Below are positions 20,384-29,848 of a stretch of 64,000 nt of DNA, piece by piece. Under the pieces are notes generated by a model that saw only the letters and a list, made by a program, of their open reading frames with translations, ran no database searches and was not told the origin of the DNA. Source of the DNA: an uncultured Chlamydiae bacterium (lineage in GTDB: Bacteria > Chlamydiota > Chlamydiia > Chlamydiales > JAJFMB01); contig CAVOJR010000001.1 in the NCBI GenBank assembly GCA_963696295.1, positions 2,784,001-2,848,000 on the forward strand, given 5' to 3'. A program made the translations under genes and the position numbers. How positions within the stretch are numbered: the first letter of the stretch is position 1; every line of letters begins with the position of its first letter.

Positions 20384-21346
20384 ATGACTGTCCAATATGA
20401 ATTTGATCCGGTTGAGCGCGGGCCCCTCTATTTTCATAAATACGATGAGGGAGCCATCATGGAGAAAAAGGTTTTTTCCCCAGCTTCCTCCGCCTTCTGC
20501 TGTTTCGATTGCGACTGGAACCTGGCGAGAAGGGGCATTACCGTCGTCAGGAATGTCTTAAAAACCGAAAGAGCTGTCAATCCTGATTCAGGAGGTAAAG
20601 TTACCGGGGCTATCAACGGCCTTGGATTGATCTCAGTGTTTAATTTGATCAATGCCCCTGGGCGGATTTACGATGGCTGCCGCGATGTAAGGAATTGCCT
20701 CATCGTGGATGATTATGAGTGGGCCGCTCTTTCCGGCCTGGAAGTGGCTACCGCCGCAGGAGATGGCGTCGATGCCGGTCTTGTCTTCACTTCTTGTTTG
20801 CACGGCCTTTGCGAGAAGATCCCTTTTTCAAGTGAATTGGCCAATATTATGCTTCCGTTTGCCATAGCGCTCAACTCTGTCGGCATGGTGTTAAAAGGGG
20901 CGGAGATCTATCAAACCAAACAGTTTATCAAGCAACTTAACGGGAAATGCGATCCCATAAAAGATATCGGCCAAGTGATAAAAAAAACCGGGGAATATAA
21001 GGGACGGATCAGAGAGGTGACCAATGCGGTCAATCAAATTAATATCCATAAGGTGAAATGCTGCACTTCTCCTCAGTTTGCGGCATACCCGCAAAGAGAC
21101 CAGGGACAACTTATCGGGTTTGCCGAAAAGAAAATCACTATCGGTTATGTTTCTCTCACCGCAAACTCCGTGCAGCTTTGCGCCTATGCCATGTTTTTCT
21201 TTCCGATCATCCCAGCGCCAATCCCGTTGTTTTTATTAACAGCAGCTTCCGTGGCTAAACTCGGCATCTACTATTATGAAAAGCAACTTCGCAAACAGAT
21301 TCAGAGTCAAGAGGGGTCCATTCGCTCTTCAGCAACCATTCCATAA
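20384..21346 (+). CDS. Hypothetical membrane protein, Inc/effector-like (paralog of previous gene)
   Basis: Same length and architecture as the upstream gene, with alignable blocks. Confidence 0.6.
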   Translation: MTVQYEFDPVERGPLYFHKYDEGAIMEKKVFSPASSAFCCFDCDWNLARRGITVVRNVLKTERAVNPDSGGKVTGAINGLGLISVFNLINAPGRIYDGCRDVRNCLIVDDYEWAALSGLEVATAAGDGVDAGLVFTSCLHGLCEKIPFSSELANIMLPFAIALNSVGMVLKGAEIYQTKQFIKQLNGKCDPIKDIGQVIKKTGEYKGRIREVTNAVNQINIHKVKCCTSPQFAAYPQRDQGQLIGFAEKKITIGYVSLTANSVQLCAYAMFFFPIIPAPIPLFLLTAASVAKLGIYYYEKQLRKQIQSQEGSIRSSATIP

Positions 21347-21390
21347 TTATTTGTTTACCGCTAAGCCCATTTTTGCTAGGATGGCGTCAA

Positions 21391-21951
21391 ATGGATACCG
21401 GGTTGATTTTTAAGATAATGCAGTATACTAAAAGGTTGCTAAACGGCCTTTTATTTTATATCGGGTGGTTTGCCTGCGTGGTCGCAGCGGCGAAAAATGC
21501 CGTTCATTGGGCTTATATCGCCACTTTTGCGATACTCGCTGCCCACTTTATTCTGCAAAGCCATCGCCTGAAAGATTTCATTTTGCTGATTACCCTCTCT
21601 TTTGCCGGCTTCCTGCTCGACTCCTTTTTCCTGCATGCCGGCTGGTTAAGCTACCATAGCCCAAATCCCTGGTTTGCCACGCTCGCCCCTTTTTGGGTGG
21701 TTTGCCTGCACGCCATTTTCTCGACTTCGATTAACCACTCGCTAGCCTGGTTAAAGCGGCGAACGTATCTGGAGGCGATTTTGGGCGCCGGCGGCATCGC
21801 CTGGACCTACCTGGCAGGTGCGCGGCTGGGAGCGATCGATTTTTTGATACCCATTCCTCGGGCTTTAATTGGGATTGGGGCGGTCTGGTTTTTTTATTTA
21901 CCTTTAGTTTACTGGTTTAGCCTCTGGCTGGATGAAAAATTGGGAGATTAA
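21391..21951 (+). CDS. DUF2878 family membrane protein (start uncertain)
   Basis: NGLLFYIGWFACV, APFWVVCLHAIFSTSINHSLAWL, YLAGARLGA. Confidence 0.75.
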   Translation: MDTGLIFKIMQYTKRLLNGLLFYIGWFACVVAAAKNAVHWAYIATFAILAAHFILQSHRLKDFILLITLSFAGFLLDSFFLHAGWLSYHSPNPWFATLAPFWVVCLHAIFSTSINHSLAWLKRRTYLEAILGAGGIAWTYLAGARLGAIDFLIPIPRALIGIGAVWFFYLPLVYWFSLWLDEKLGD

Positions 21952-23127
21952 ATGATAAGCATAGCAAAACGCGCCCATGGCGCCCCCTCTGCCACCATGA
22001 CGATAAACAGTCTGGCGATCCAAAAAAAGCAGCAAGGGGTTTATGTCTACAACTTTGCCGCCGGCGATCCCATCCTGCCAAACCATCCCAAAATTATTCA
22101 GGCGGCGATGGAAACGGTTAAAGCCGGCATGTCGCCCTATCCGGCCGTGGCCGGAATTCCCGAATTGAGAGAGGCGGTGTGCCAGTGGCTCAATCGCGCT
22201 TATCAGACAAATTACAGCGCAAATGAGTGTTTAGTGACATGCGGGGGAAAATTTGCCCTTTTCGCGGTGGTTGAAGCCCTCTTAAACCCGGGCGACGAGT
22301 CTCTTATCGTATCACCCTACTGGGTCTCTTATCCCGGCATTGTCGAGCTTGCTGAAGGAAAGTCCATTGTGCTGCAAACGACAGAGGAAAGCGGTTGGAA
22401 AGTCACGTTAAAGCAAATTGAGCAGAATTTGAGTCCGAAGGTGAAGTTGTTGCTGTTGAATAACGGGTGCAATCCTACAGGCGTCCTTTACGAAAAAGAG
22501 GAGCTGAAAGAGATTCTCGAGCTTTGCCAAAAGAGGAATGTTTTAGTGGTTTCCGATGAAGTCTATAGCGCAGTTGTCTATGACAAAGGCAGCTACACCT
22601 CTTGCGGCTCCTTTGCCGAATACCGGGACAATGTCGTTTTGATCCAAAGCTGCTCCAAAAACTTCGCGATGGCCGGCTGGCGGGTCGGTTTTGCTCTCGG
22701 TCCGGAGAAATTGATCAAGGTAATGACCGCCATTCAAGGGCAAAGCACCACGGGTACTTCCATCCAGAGCCAAAGAGCGGCTCTCGCCGCAGTGCAAAAT
22801 GCCGATGAGGTCTCCACCTATGTGCGGGAGGCGCTGCAGAAGCGTCGCAACCTTTTTCATGATACCTACCAGGCCTTGTTTCACAAGGCTTTGCCGAAGC
22901 CACCGGCGGCTGTTTACTACTTCCCTCCATTATCAGACTTTAATTTAGGCCATATGGATTCGGTTTCCTTTTGCGAAAAGATGCTGGACATAGGCAATGT
23001 GGCTTTAGTGCCTGGTGTCGCCTTTGGCAAGGAAGGTTATGTGCGCTTTTCCTTTTCCGAGACAGAAAGCGATATAGTCAATGGACTTAAGGCTTTAGCT
23101 GATACTTGCAAGAGATTGACAAAGTAA
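21952..23127 (+). CDS. PLP-dependent class I/II aminotransferase (aspartate aminotransferase-like)
   Basis: NNGCNPTG, SDEVY, SCSKNFAMAGWRVG, GYVRFSF. Confidence 0.92.
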   Translation: MISIAKRAHGAPSATMTINSLAIQKKQQGVYVYNFAAGDPILPNHPKIIQAAMETVKAGMSPYPAVAGIPELREAVCQWLNRAYQTNYSANECLVTCGGKFALFAVVEALLNPGDESLIVSPYWVSYPGIVELAEGKSIVLQTTEESGWKVTLKQIEQNLSPKVKLLLLNNGCNPTGVLYEKEELKEILELCQKRNVLVVSDEVYSAVVYDKGSYTSCGSFAEYRDNVVLIQSCSKNFAMAGWRVGFALGPEKLIKVMTAIQGQSTTGTSIQSQRAALAAVQNADEVSTYVREALQKRRNLFHDTYQALFHKALPKPPAAVYYFPPLSDFNLGHMDSVSFCEKMLDIGNVALVPGVAFGKEGYVRFSFSETESDIVNGLKALADTCKRLTK

Positions 23128-23165
23128 TTGTCGTCAATTACACTTAATATAAGTAAGGGGGGGTT

Positions 23166-23342
23166 ATGAAACTATTATGTCTTCTCTTGGTTGTTTTTTT
23201 TAGCTTGTCAGCTCAAGATATGCCGTATCGGGATGTAAAGCAGAAAATATACACGCCTCCCGGAGTTGAGCCTGAAAACGATTATAACAATGATTATGAT
23301 CTGCTGGAGGACGATAATGATGATGACGAGGAAGATAATTGA
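23166..23342 (+). CDS. Small secreted acidic peptide, 58 aa (below ORF-track cutoff)
   Basis: MKLLCLLLVVFFSLSA-QDMPYRDVKQKIYTPPGVEPENDYNNDYDLLEDDNDDDEEDN; G-rich SD; stop overlaps next TTG start (TTGA). Confidence 0.65.
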   Translation: MKLLCLLLVVFFSLSAQDMPYRDVKQKIYTPPGVEPENDYNNDYDLLEDDNDDDEEDN

Positions 23343-23773
23343 TCCAAGTTCGTAAGGTCCAAGACGCCGATATCCCGCAGCTGGAGGAACTGTTTTTAGA
23401 CACCCGAAAAAAAACATTTCATTGGGAGAATCCGGAAAAATACCAACTCGAAGACTTCAAAAAAGAAACGGAAGGGGAAGCTGTCTTTGTCGCGGTAGAT
23501 GACACCCAAAAGATCGTCGGATTTATTTCTGTTTGGGATAAGGAAAACCCTCCTTTCATCCACCACCTTTTCGTGGCCCCGGGACATCAAAGAGCCGGTA
23601 TTGGAAAGCTGTTGATCAGCAGTCTCTTTTCCTGGCTGCCCCTGCCTTACCGGCTAAAATGCTTAGCGAGGAACCGCAATGCCCGCGTCTTTTATCTCAC
23701 AAACCATTGGATAGAGGTTGAGCGGGGAATCAGCGAAGAGGGAACCTATCTACTCTTGGAATTAAGGGAGTAA
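23339..23773 (+). CDS. GNAT family N-acetyltransferase
   Basis: FIHHLFV..QRAGIGKLL, LKCL..N..A..FY. Confidence 0.88.
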   Translation: MIQVRKVQDADIPQLEELFLDTRKKTFHWENPEKYQLEDFKKETEGEAVFVAVDDTQKIVGFISVWDKENPPFIHHLFVAPGHQRAGIGKLLISSLFSWLPLPYRLKCLARNRNARVFYLTNHWIEVERGISEEGTYLLLELRE

Positions 23774-23780
23774 GTAATTT

Positions 23781-25226
23781 TTAAAGTTTTCTCTCAAAAT
23801 CGATATAGCCTTTCTCAATGTCCACGCTAACCAGTCTTACAGCGACACGGTCTGCGACATCGAGCTTTTGAAAGCCGCTCACAATTTTCCCCTCCACCGG
23901 CGGGTCGAAGATTCTCACCCACGTGCCTTTTTCGCTGGCTCCTGTGACAATCCCCTTGAAGACCTTTCCCATGGCCTTGGAAAGGAGCTGCGCCGCCGCA
24001 GATTTGGTCAAATGCCTCTCCACTTTCTTGGCCGCATCTTCCTGGGCCGTGCAATGATCGGCCAGGCTATAGAGCTCTTTTATCGAATAGGGAGGCGGCT
24101 CTCCTGTTAGATGAGCCTTGTACTGCCGCTGAGAAATCAGATCGGGGAAGCGCCGGTTCGGAGCCGTGGCGTGGGTGTAATTCGACAAAGCCAGGCCAAA
24201 ATGGCCTAATGGAGCATCTCCCACATTCTCAACGACATATTCACCGCTGCCGAGAAGTTTTATCACTGTCAGCGAAAGGTCGGGAAAGGATTGGGGGTCA
24301 GCGGTCTTTCTTTTACGTAAAAATAAGTCGAGAGCCTTGGAGTCTGGCTGCCCGGGCAGCGATTCTCCAAGGCTTTGGGCGACTTCGACAATCTTATCCC
24401 AACGCAACGGCACTCTGACAACGCGGCGTAAAGAGGGTATTCTCTCTTGAATCATTTGGGAGGCAAGGGAATAGTTGGCCGCGATCATAAATTCTTCAAT
24501 CAGTTGATGGGCGAAGTTGTGGGGGGATACTTCAAGGATGATTTCATTTGCGTCAGTCACTTTGGCTTCGACTTTGGCAGGCGCTAAAGTCAAGGAACCC
24601 ATGGCGCTTCTTCTTTCTTTCAAAGTTTGCGCCGCTTCATGCTGGCAGAGGATAACCTCTTCAAGCCCTGGGACTTGAGCTACTTTTTCCGGGACGCTCT
24701 TTGTCCCCTCAAGCCAGGCTCCGACTTCATTATAGGTCAGCTTCGCCCGATTGCAGACCATCGCTTGAAAGATGGAAAAGCTCTGAATTTCCCCTTCGGC
24801 ATTCAGGGTGATCTTTGTGACTATGGCGGCGCGGTCCTGGTTTTCATTCAAGGAGGTCAAATTGGTCGAGAGTTTTTCGGGCAGCATGGGAAAAATTTTA
24901 GCGGGCGTGTATACTGAGGTGGTGTTAGTTTTGGCATGGGTGTCGACAGGGGAATTCTTTGCGATGAGAGCGCCGACATCGGCCACGGCAATCCACACTA
25001 TTTTCCCTCCATCTTGCGCGTTCTCTCCATAAGTCAGCTGATCGAGATCGAGCGAATCATCGTTGTCGATGGAGCACCAAAGAAGCTGGCGCATATCTGC
25101 AGCCTTCTGGGGGTATGGTGCAGGTGTTTTAATATCAGATACTTGACGTAAAGCCTCCTGCGGGAATTCTGGCTGCAGGCCCCATTCTCGCATGACTTCT
25201 TTTGCTAAAAGTTCAAGATTAACCAT
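23781..25226 (-). CDS. RNB domain exoribonuclease (RNase II/R family)
   Basis: SIDNDDSLDLDQ, LIEEFMIAAN, HFGLA..YTHATAPNRRFPDL, C-terminal S1 domain. Confidence 0.9.
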   Translation of the reverse strand: MVNLELLAKEVMREWGLQPEFPQEALRQVSDIKTPAPYPQKAADMRQLLWCSIDNDDSLDLDQLTYGENAQDGGKIVWIAVADVGALIAKNSPVDTHAKTNTTSVYTPAKIFPMLPEKLSTNLTSLNENQDRAAIVTKITLNAEGEIQSFSIFQAMVCNRAKLTYNEVGAWLEGTKSVPEKVAQVPGLEEVILCQHEAAQTLKERRSAMGSLTLAPAKVEAKVTDANEIILEVSPHNFAHQLIEEFMIAANYSLASQMIQERIPSLRRVVRVPLRWDKIVEVAQSLGESLPGQPDSKALDLFLRKRKTADPQSFPDLSLTVIKLLGSGEYVVENVGDAPLGHFGLALSNYTHATAPNRRFPDLISQRQYKAHLTGEPPPYSIKELYSLADHCTAQEDAAKKVERHLTKSAAAQLLSKAMGKVFKGIVTGASEKGTWVRIFDPPVEGKIVSGFQKLDVADRVAVRLVSVDIEKGYIDFERKL

Positions 25227-25439
25227 GCTCCTATCTCCTCATAAGTCATTAATATTCTTATATACTATGAACTAAAATATCGTAAAGAATTATGTTTCAA
25301 AGGGTTTTGTTTTGTTTTGTAAATTACTGATCATTAATATAATAAATAAATATGTTTTAATTATTATTATTATTGTTATAATAAACGAGTGCCTTAGTTT
25401 AACCAGTTAATGGTTATAATAAAAAACAATGGAGGAGTT

Positions 25440-26048
25440 ATGAATAAAGAATTATTTGAAAGTCAGTGGCCACAAATTCGTGGGATTCTTAGAGATAAAT
25501 GGAGCAACCTCACAGAAGAGGATATACGCCAAATTAATGGTCGTTATGATCAATTTATGACTAAGATTCAACAAAGATACGGTTTAACCAGAGAAGAAGT
25601 GGAAGATCAATTGACTAACTGGTCTTTTGACCGCGGCTTTAAAGGTCATCGCGAACGGGAATATGCTCATGCTGAAGAACATCAATCAGCCCTCAAATGG
25701 CTTGTTTTAGCAGGTATTCCTTTATTGCTGTTAGCAGGTTACTTTCTGCATGATCTTACAAAACCTGTAGAACGTTCCTATGCTAAACCTGTGGAAATTA
25801 ACCAAACTTTGCCAACGGCTCAAGTAAACACACCTGATTCCATGCTTTTGATGAGAATCCGTCAAGCGATCGACACTAATGCCGCTAGCTTGCCAGCTTC
25901 TTTTTCCAATATCACTTTTGACTCTTCGAATGGAATTGTGACTATTCGCGGTAAAGTTGCAAGTCAACAGGAAAAAGACCTGATTTCAAGAATCACTGAA
26001 AGAATTGCTGGTGTAAGACAAGTCAACAACGAAGTTGAAGTTCAATAA
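25440..26048 (+). CDS. CsbD-like N-terminal domain + TM + BON domain protein
   Basis: QWPQIRG..WSNLTEEDI..I.GRYDQ..KIQQRYG; NGIVTIRGKV..IAGVRQVNNEVEV. Confidence 0.8.
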   Translation: MNKELFESQWPQIRGILRDKWSNLTEEDIRQINGRYDQFMTKIQQRYGLTREEVEDQLTNWSFDRGFKGHREREYAHAEEHQSALKWLVLAGIPLLLLAGYFLHDLTKPVERSYAKPVEINQTLPTAQVNTPDSMLLMRIRQAIDTNAASLPASFSNITFDSSNGIVTIRGKVASQQEKDLISRITERIAGVRQVNNEVEVQ

Positions 26049-26056
26049 TAGATGCG

Positions 26057-26079
26057 GGGGGGCTTTTGCCCCCCTTTTT
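26057..26079 (+). terminator. Rho-independent terminator
   Basis: ggggggc-tttt-gcccccc followed by ttttt. Confidence 0.85.
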
Positions 26080-26125
26080 GCTCTTTGTTCCCGAACTGAA
26101 ATTTTTTCTTCGGAGTCATCATCGA

Positions 26126-28216
26126 CTATTTCTTTTCTGCCTCGGCGATCCGGCTGAGGTAGATTTTCGTTGGTGTGTCGTTCGGAAATTGTTTGGCTAT
26201 TTCTTGAAACAGCTTCTTGGCTTCTGCCATTTTATCATTAGTAAACAGATTATAGGCTTTTGTAAATTCCTGGCACAATTTCACTTGTTCGGGAGTGGCT
26301 TGAAGTTCTCCATCGACAGTTCCGACCAGTTCGTAGATCAGGAGTTTGATCGTCTTTCCCCGCACAGCTATGAAATCAAGGGGTCGTGTGATAAATTCAT
26401 CCCCCGCCTCTTTTTTAATCGCATCCGTAATAATAATCGAGGTGTGATACTCTTTATTAAGGGAAGTGACCCGGGAAGCGGCATTCACAACGTCCCCTAC
26501 GATCGTGTAGTTCATTCTTTCAAAAGTGCCGATATTTCCCACGATAACTTCCCCGGCATGCAGGCCAAACCGGGTGGTCCAGTCGAATAATTGATTTTTT
26601 CTATAGTCCACATTACATGCTTTATGGCATTTCAAGACGGCCAGACAGGCTTTTTTGGGGTGCTCCGGAATAGCTTCCGGGGCATTCCAAAAAGCCATAA
26701 TGCTGTCGCCGATAAATTTGTCAATGGTCCCCTCTTTTTCGATGATGATGTCTGAAAGAACTTCATAATATTTTTCCAGACTGAAAAGCAGGGTCTCGAC
26801 AGGAAATGACTCTGAAGTCGTTGTAAAGTCTTTGATATCGGAAAACATCAGCGATATATGTTTTCTTTTTCCGCCAAGGGTGATCTCTTTGCCCTGGCCA
26901 ATGAGTTTTTTAACAATCTCCTTGGGAATATATTTTCCGAACGAACGGACGGCGTTCTGTAATGCGGTTATGGAATTTTCCAAAGTGACAATTTCTTCTA
27001 TATTGGAATGGATATGAAATTTCTTTTCATAATCTAAATGCCTGATATGATCCAATTCATCAGCCATCTCTACAATAGGTTTCGATATGTGTTTAGAAAA
27101 TAAATAGATTAAAAAGCCGAATAGGAGAAAAATTAATAAGGAAATAAAGGCTAGTTGATTGAGGTTTTTAATGAAACTGCCAAAGAAATCATCAAAGGGG
27201 ACTGTGATCACAAAATACCAGGGGGCTCCAAGGGAAATGGGAAATTGTTCGATATAGACCAGATATTTCGTTTTGTCAGAGACAATTTCCATATAATTTT
27301 TCTTACTCCCGATAAATCTTTGATAAGCGTCTGTAACAACAGAATGAGCCATTTTTTCCGCTATAGGGTCGAGGCCTTCGGCGTTTGGTATGAGTATTTC
27401 GCCGTCCGAGTTCAGGATGAAAGACCTTCCATGATCGCTGATCCGGTATTCGTAAATAAAGTTTGCCAATGAATTCATTGAGAGATTGATTTCCACCATG
27501 CCAAAAAAGGCTTCCTTTTCAAATAGAGGCATACCGAATGAAATCGTTTTCACGCTTTCCTTAATCGGGTAAATGGATTTTGGCAAAGAGGCCATGGACC
27601 AAATTTCCTTTGGCCAAACCTCCATTTTTTTAAACCAAAATTGATCCTTGGCTACAAATGAGATGGGTTCAACCTTTTGTTTTCCAAGTATGTTTTCATT
27701 GGAATCTAAATATTCCCAATTCTCACTCTGCGGAGTAGCTGTGGCATCAATCGTTCTCAGAGCATAAATGGCCCCCGTCGGCAAGGGCTTATCTTGCGAA
27801 AAATAATGAAAGAAGTTTAATTCAAGAAGGTCAATTGCTGAAATATAATTTCCATTTTTCAGGACTATAACAACTCCGGCAACTATCGGGTCTAATTGAA
27901 CGGCCTTAATAAGGTATTTTCTAACGAAGGGATCCTGAATAACCTTTTGTTCCAACCGGTAGGAAATGGCCGCTTTTAACAATTCCCCGATAAGTACAGA
28001 ACGGATGCGAACCCCATTGAAATTATTTATAAAGTTATCGCTAACGGCTTTGAGTTTGCTCTCGGATAAAGTCACTATAGATTTATAATTTCTATAATAG
28101 GAATAAGCTACAATCAGTGAAGAAGTTAATAGTAGCATCATTAAAAAGGTTGATGTTATATGATATTGAAGTTTCCTGAAGTAAAATAGCAAATTCTTTA
28201 AAGGGTGGAAATTCAA
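26126..28216 (-). CDS. Membrane-anchored class III adenylate cyclase (periplasmic Cache-like, HAMP, cyclase, TPR-like tail)
   Basis: FSDIKDFT, DKFIGDSIMAFW, VGNIG..RMNYTIVGDVVNAASR; two TM helices. Confidence 0.9.
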   Translation of the reverse strand: MNFHPLKNLLFYFRKLQYHITSTFLMMLLLTSSLIVAYSYYRNYKSIVTLSESKLKAVSDNFINNFNGVRIRSVLIGELLKAAISYRLEQKVIQDPFVRKYLIKAVQLDPIVAGVVIVLKNGNYISAIDLLELNFFHYFSQDKPLPTGAIYALRTIDATATPQSENWEYLDSNENILGKQKVEPISFVAKDQFWFKKMEVWPKEIWSMASLPKSIYPIKESVKTISFGMPLFEKEAFFGMVEINLSMNSLANFIYEYRISDHGRSFILNSDGEILIPNAEGLDPIAEKMAHSVVTDAYQRFIGSKKNYMEIVSDKTKYLVYIEQFPISLGAPWYFVITVPFDDFFGSFIKNLNQLAFISLLIFLLFGFLIYLFSKHISKPIVEMADELDHIRHLDYEKKFHIHSNIEEIVTLENSITALQNAVRSFGKYIPKEIVKKLIGQGKEITLGGKRKHISLMFSDIKDFTTTSESFPVETLLFSLEKYYEVLSDIIIEKEGTIDKFIGDSIMAFWNAPEAIPEHPKKACLAVLKCHKACNVDYRKNQLFDWTTRFGLHAGEVIVGNIGTFERMNYTIVGDVVNAASRVTSLNKEYHTSIIITDAIKKEAGDEFITRPLDFIAVRGKTIKLLIYELVGTVDGELQATPEQVKLCQEFTKAYNLFTNDKMAEAKKLFQEIAKQFPNDTPTKIYLSRIAEAEKK

Positions 28217-28221
28217 AGCAG

Positions 28222-28722
28222 CTACCTAAGGTTAAAAATCGACAGCATAAAGCTCGACATGGCGGGCTCATTATCGGGTTGCAGAAAAATAAAGCCCAAT
28301 GACGGGGAACTTGCGGAAAAGCTGACGCTCACTTCATCTCCTGGAGAGAGCTTCAATATGGTCTGTGAAGTAAGAACGCTTATTGTCGAGGAGTCGGGTA
28401 TGGCGATTCTATTCGTGGAATTGGGAACCTGTTTTTGATTTACGTTAAACCAAAGATCCACATAGCCTTTTGCGCCTTCGTTTGTCGCCCCCACAATTCC
28501 CGTGCAGATGACAAAATAGTATCCCGCCTCTTTAATGATGATTTTTTCCTTATTAGGCCCAATGTCAAAATTTACAACTAAATCAGCTTGATCCATTCTT
28601 ACGAGGCTGCCCTTGTAAGAAGCCGGCGTTTGGGTGACCAGGCTGGAAAACTGAGCATAAGCTGCCGCCTCTAAGTTGTTTAAAGCCAAGAAACAGAAAA
28701 ACAGGATGATTTTTTTTCCCAC
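28222..28722 (-). CDS. Secreted protein with possible C1q/BclA-like beta domain
   Basis: Signal peptide; IIIKEAGYYFV, DLWFNVN, ILKLSPGDEVSV. Confidence 0.55.
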   Translation of the reverse strand: MGKKIILFFCFLALNNLEAAAYAQFSSLVTQTPASYKGSLVRMDQADLVVNFDIGPNKEKIIIKEAGYYFVICTGIVGATNEGAKGYVDLWFNVNQKQVPNSTNRIAIPDSSTISVLTSQTILKLSPGDEVSVSFSASSPSLGFIFLQPDNEPAMSSFMLSIFNLR

Positions 28723-28792
28723 GATGCCCCCTTTTGCTCCTCAAGTTTTCCTTGTATGGGAAATCGACATTTAGAGCAATAGAGGCGGATAA

Positions 28793-29161
28793 TTAACTCT
28801 TTCCATCCCTTTGTTTTAGAATTTTCTTTCTGAGTTCTTCCAATTCCCCTTCTTCCAATTCTTCGATGGCAATCAATTCACACTCAGCCTCTTTAGTGAC
28901 GCGGATGAGCTCATCGATTTTGATATGCAAGGCTTTGCTTTCCCTATTCTGGGTATTTTGAATGATAAATACCATTAAAGCCGCATTGACGGTCGCCACG
29001 GTATTCAGAATCAATAGCCATGTGTTGCTCATCCCCCAAATCATGCCGAAGATAAGCCACACAGCCAGGATAACAATGGCAATCACAAAAGTCTTTGGAT
29101 TGCCTGCCATTTTGGCTAATTTGGTTAAAAGCTGTGTTAGAGGGGTGGTTTTTCGCGCCAT
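28793..29161 (-). CDS. Low-affinity iron permease (Fet4-like) family protein
   Basis: SNTWLLILNT..LMVFIIQNTQNRESKALHIKIDELIR. Confidence 0.88.
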   Translation of the reverse strand: MARKTTPLTQLLTKLAKMAGNPKTFVIAIVILAVWLIFGMIWGMSNTWLLILNTVATVNAALMVFIIQNTQNRESKALHIKIDELIRVTKEAECELIAIEELEEGELEELRKKILKQRDGKS

Positions 29162-29360
29162 GATCTTCTCCAAATTCCCTCATGCCTAAAAAAAAGAGAG
29201 GATGCAAGGAAAATTTAAATGTCAAACAATATAATTTACTTTTGTAACTTGCTAATTCACATATAGTTGCTTAAATAGCCAATTGTTGCGTCTTTATTTA
29301 ATAATTAATTATGGTTATACTAGTTTATAACCACCCATTTAACCAAAAAAGGAGGGTATT

Positions 29361-29798
29361 ATGGAAGCTCAACAAATGATCAATCAGGTGCGCCGTCTCT
29401 ATGAAGAGGGGTATACCAATGTAAACGCCACTGTTTGCAAGGAACTGTGCGACAGTAAGTTAAAAATTCATGATGCCGCTTTTCCACAGGGAAAAAAGGG
29501 CGTGGAAGCTTTTATAGAAACGGAACGCAATTATAAAGACGCTTTTCCAAACAAAAAAGCCAAAATCGATGATATCTTTGCCGCCGGCGATAGAGTGATC
29601 GTGCTTTGGACTTGCACAGGAACGCATGAGGGGGAACTGCATGATATTCCGCCCACGCATCGGAAATTCAGCATAAACGGCATTAGTATTTATCAATTTT
29701 CTAATGGAAAAATTTCTGAAATATGGCAATCTTGGGACCGGTTGTCATTGTTGGAGCAATTGGGTGTGGTTGAAAAAGAGCACGCATTGCACGGATAG
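29361..29798 (+). CDS. Ester cyclase / SnoaL-like (NTF2 fold) protein
   Basis: AFP..IDDIFAAGDRV..GTHEGE..IPPT..GKISEIW..WD. Confidence 0.88.
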   Translation: MEAQQMINQVRRLYEEGYTNVNATVCKELCDSKLKIHDAAFPQGKKGVEAFIETERNYKDAFPNKKAKIDDIFAAGDRVIVLWTCTGTHEGELHDIPPTHRKFSINGISIYQFSNGKISEIWQSWDRLSLLEQLGVVEKEHALHG

Positions 29799-29806
29799 TT
29801 TTTCAA

Positions 29807-29837
29807 GCCCGCAGGCTTAACCGCTTGCGGGCGTTTT
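29807..29837 (+). terminator. Probable Rho-independent terminator
   Basis: gcccgcaggc-ttaacc-gcttgcgggc followed by gtttt. Confidence 0.7.
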
Positions 29838-29848
29838 CAAGGGATCAT

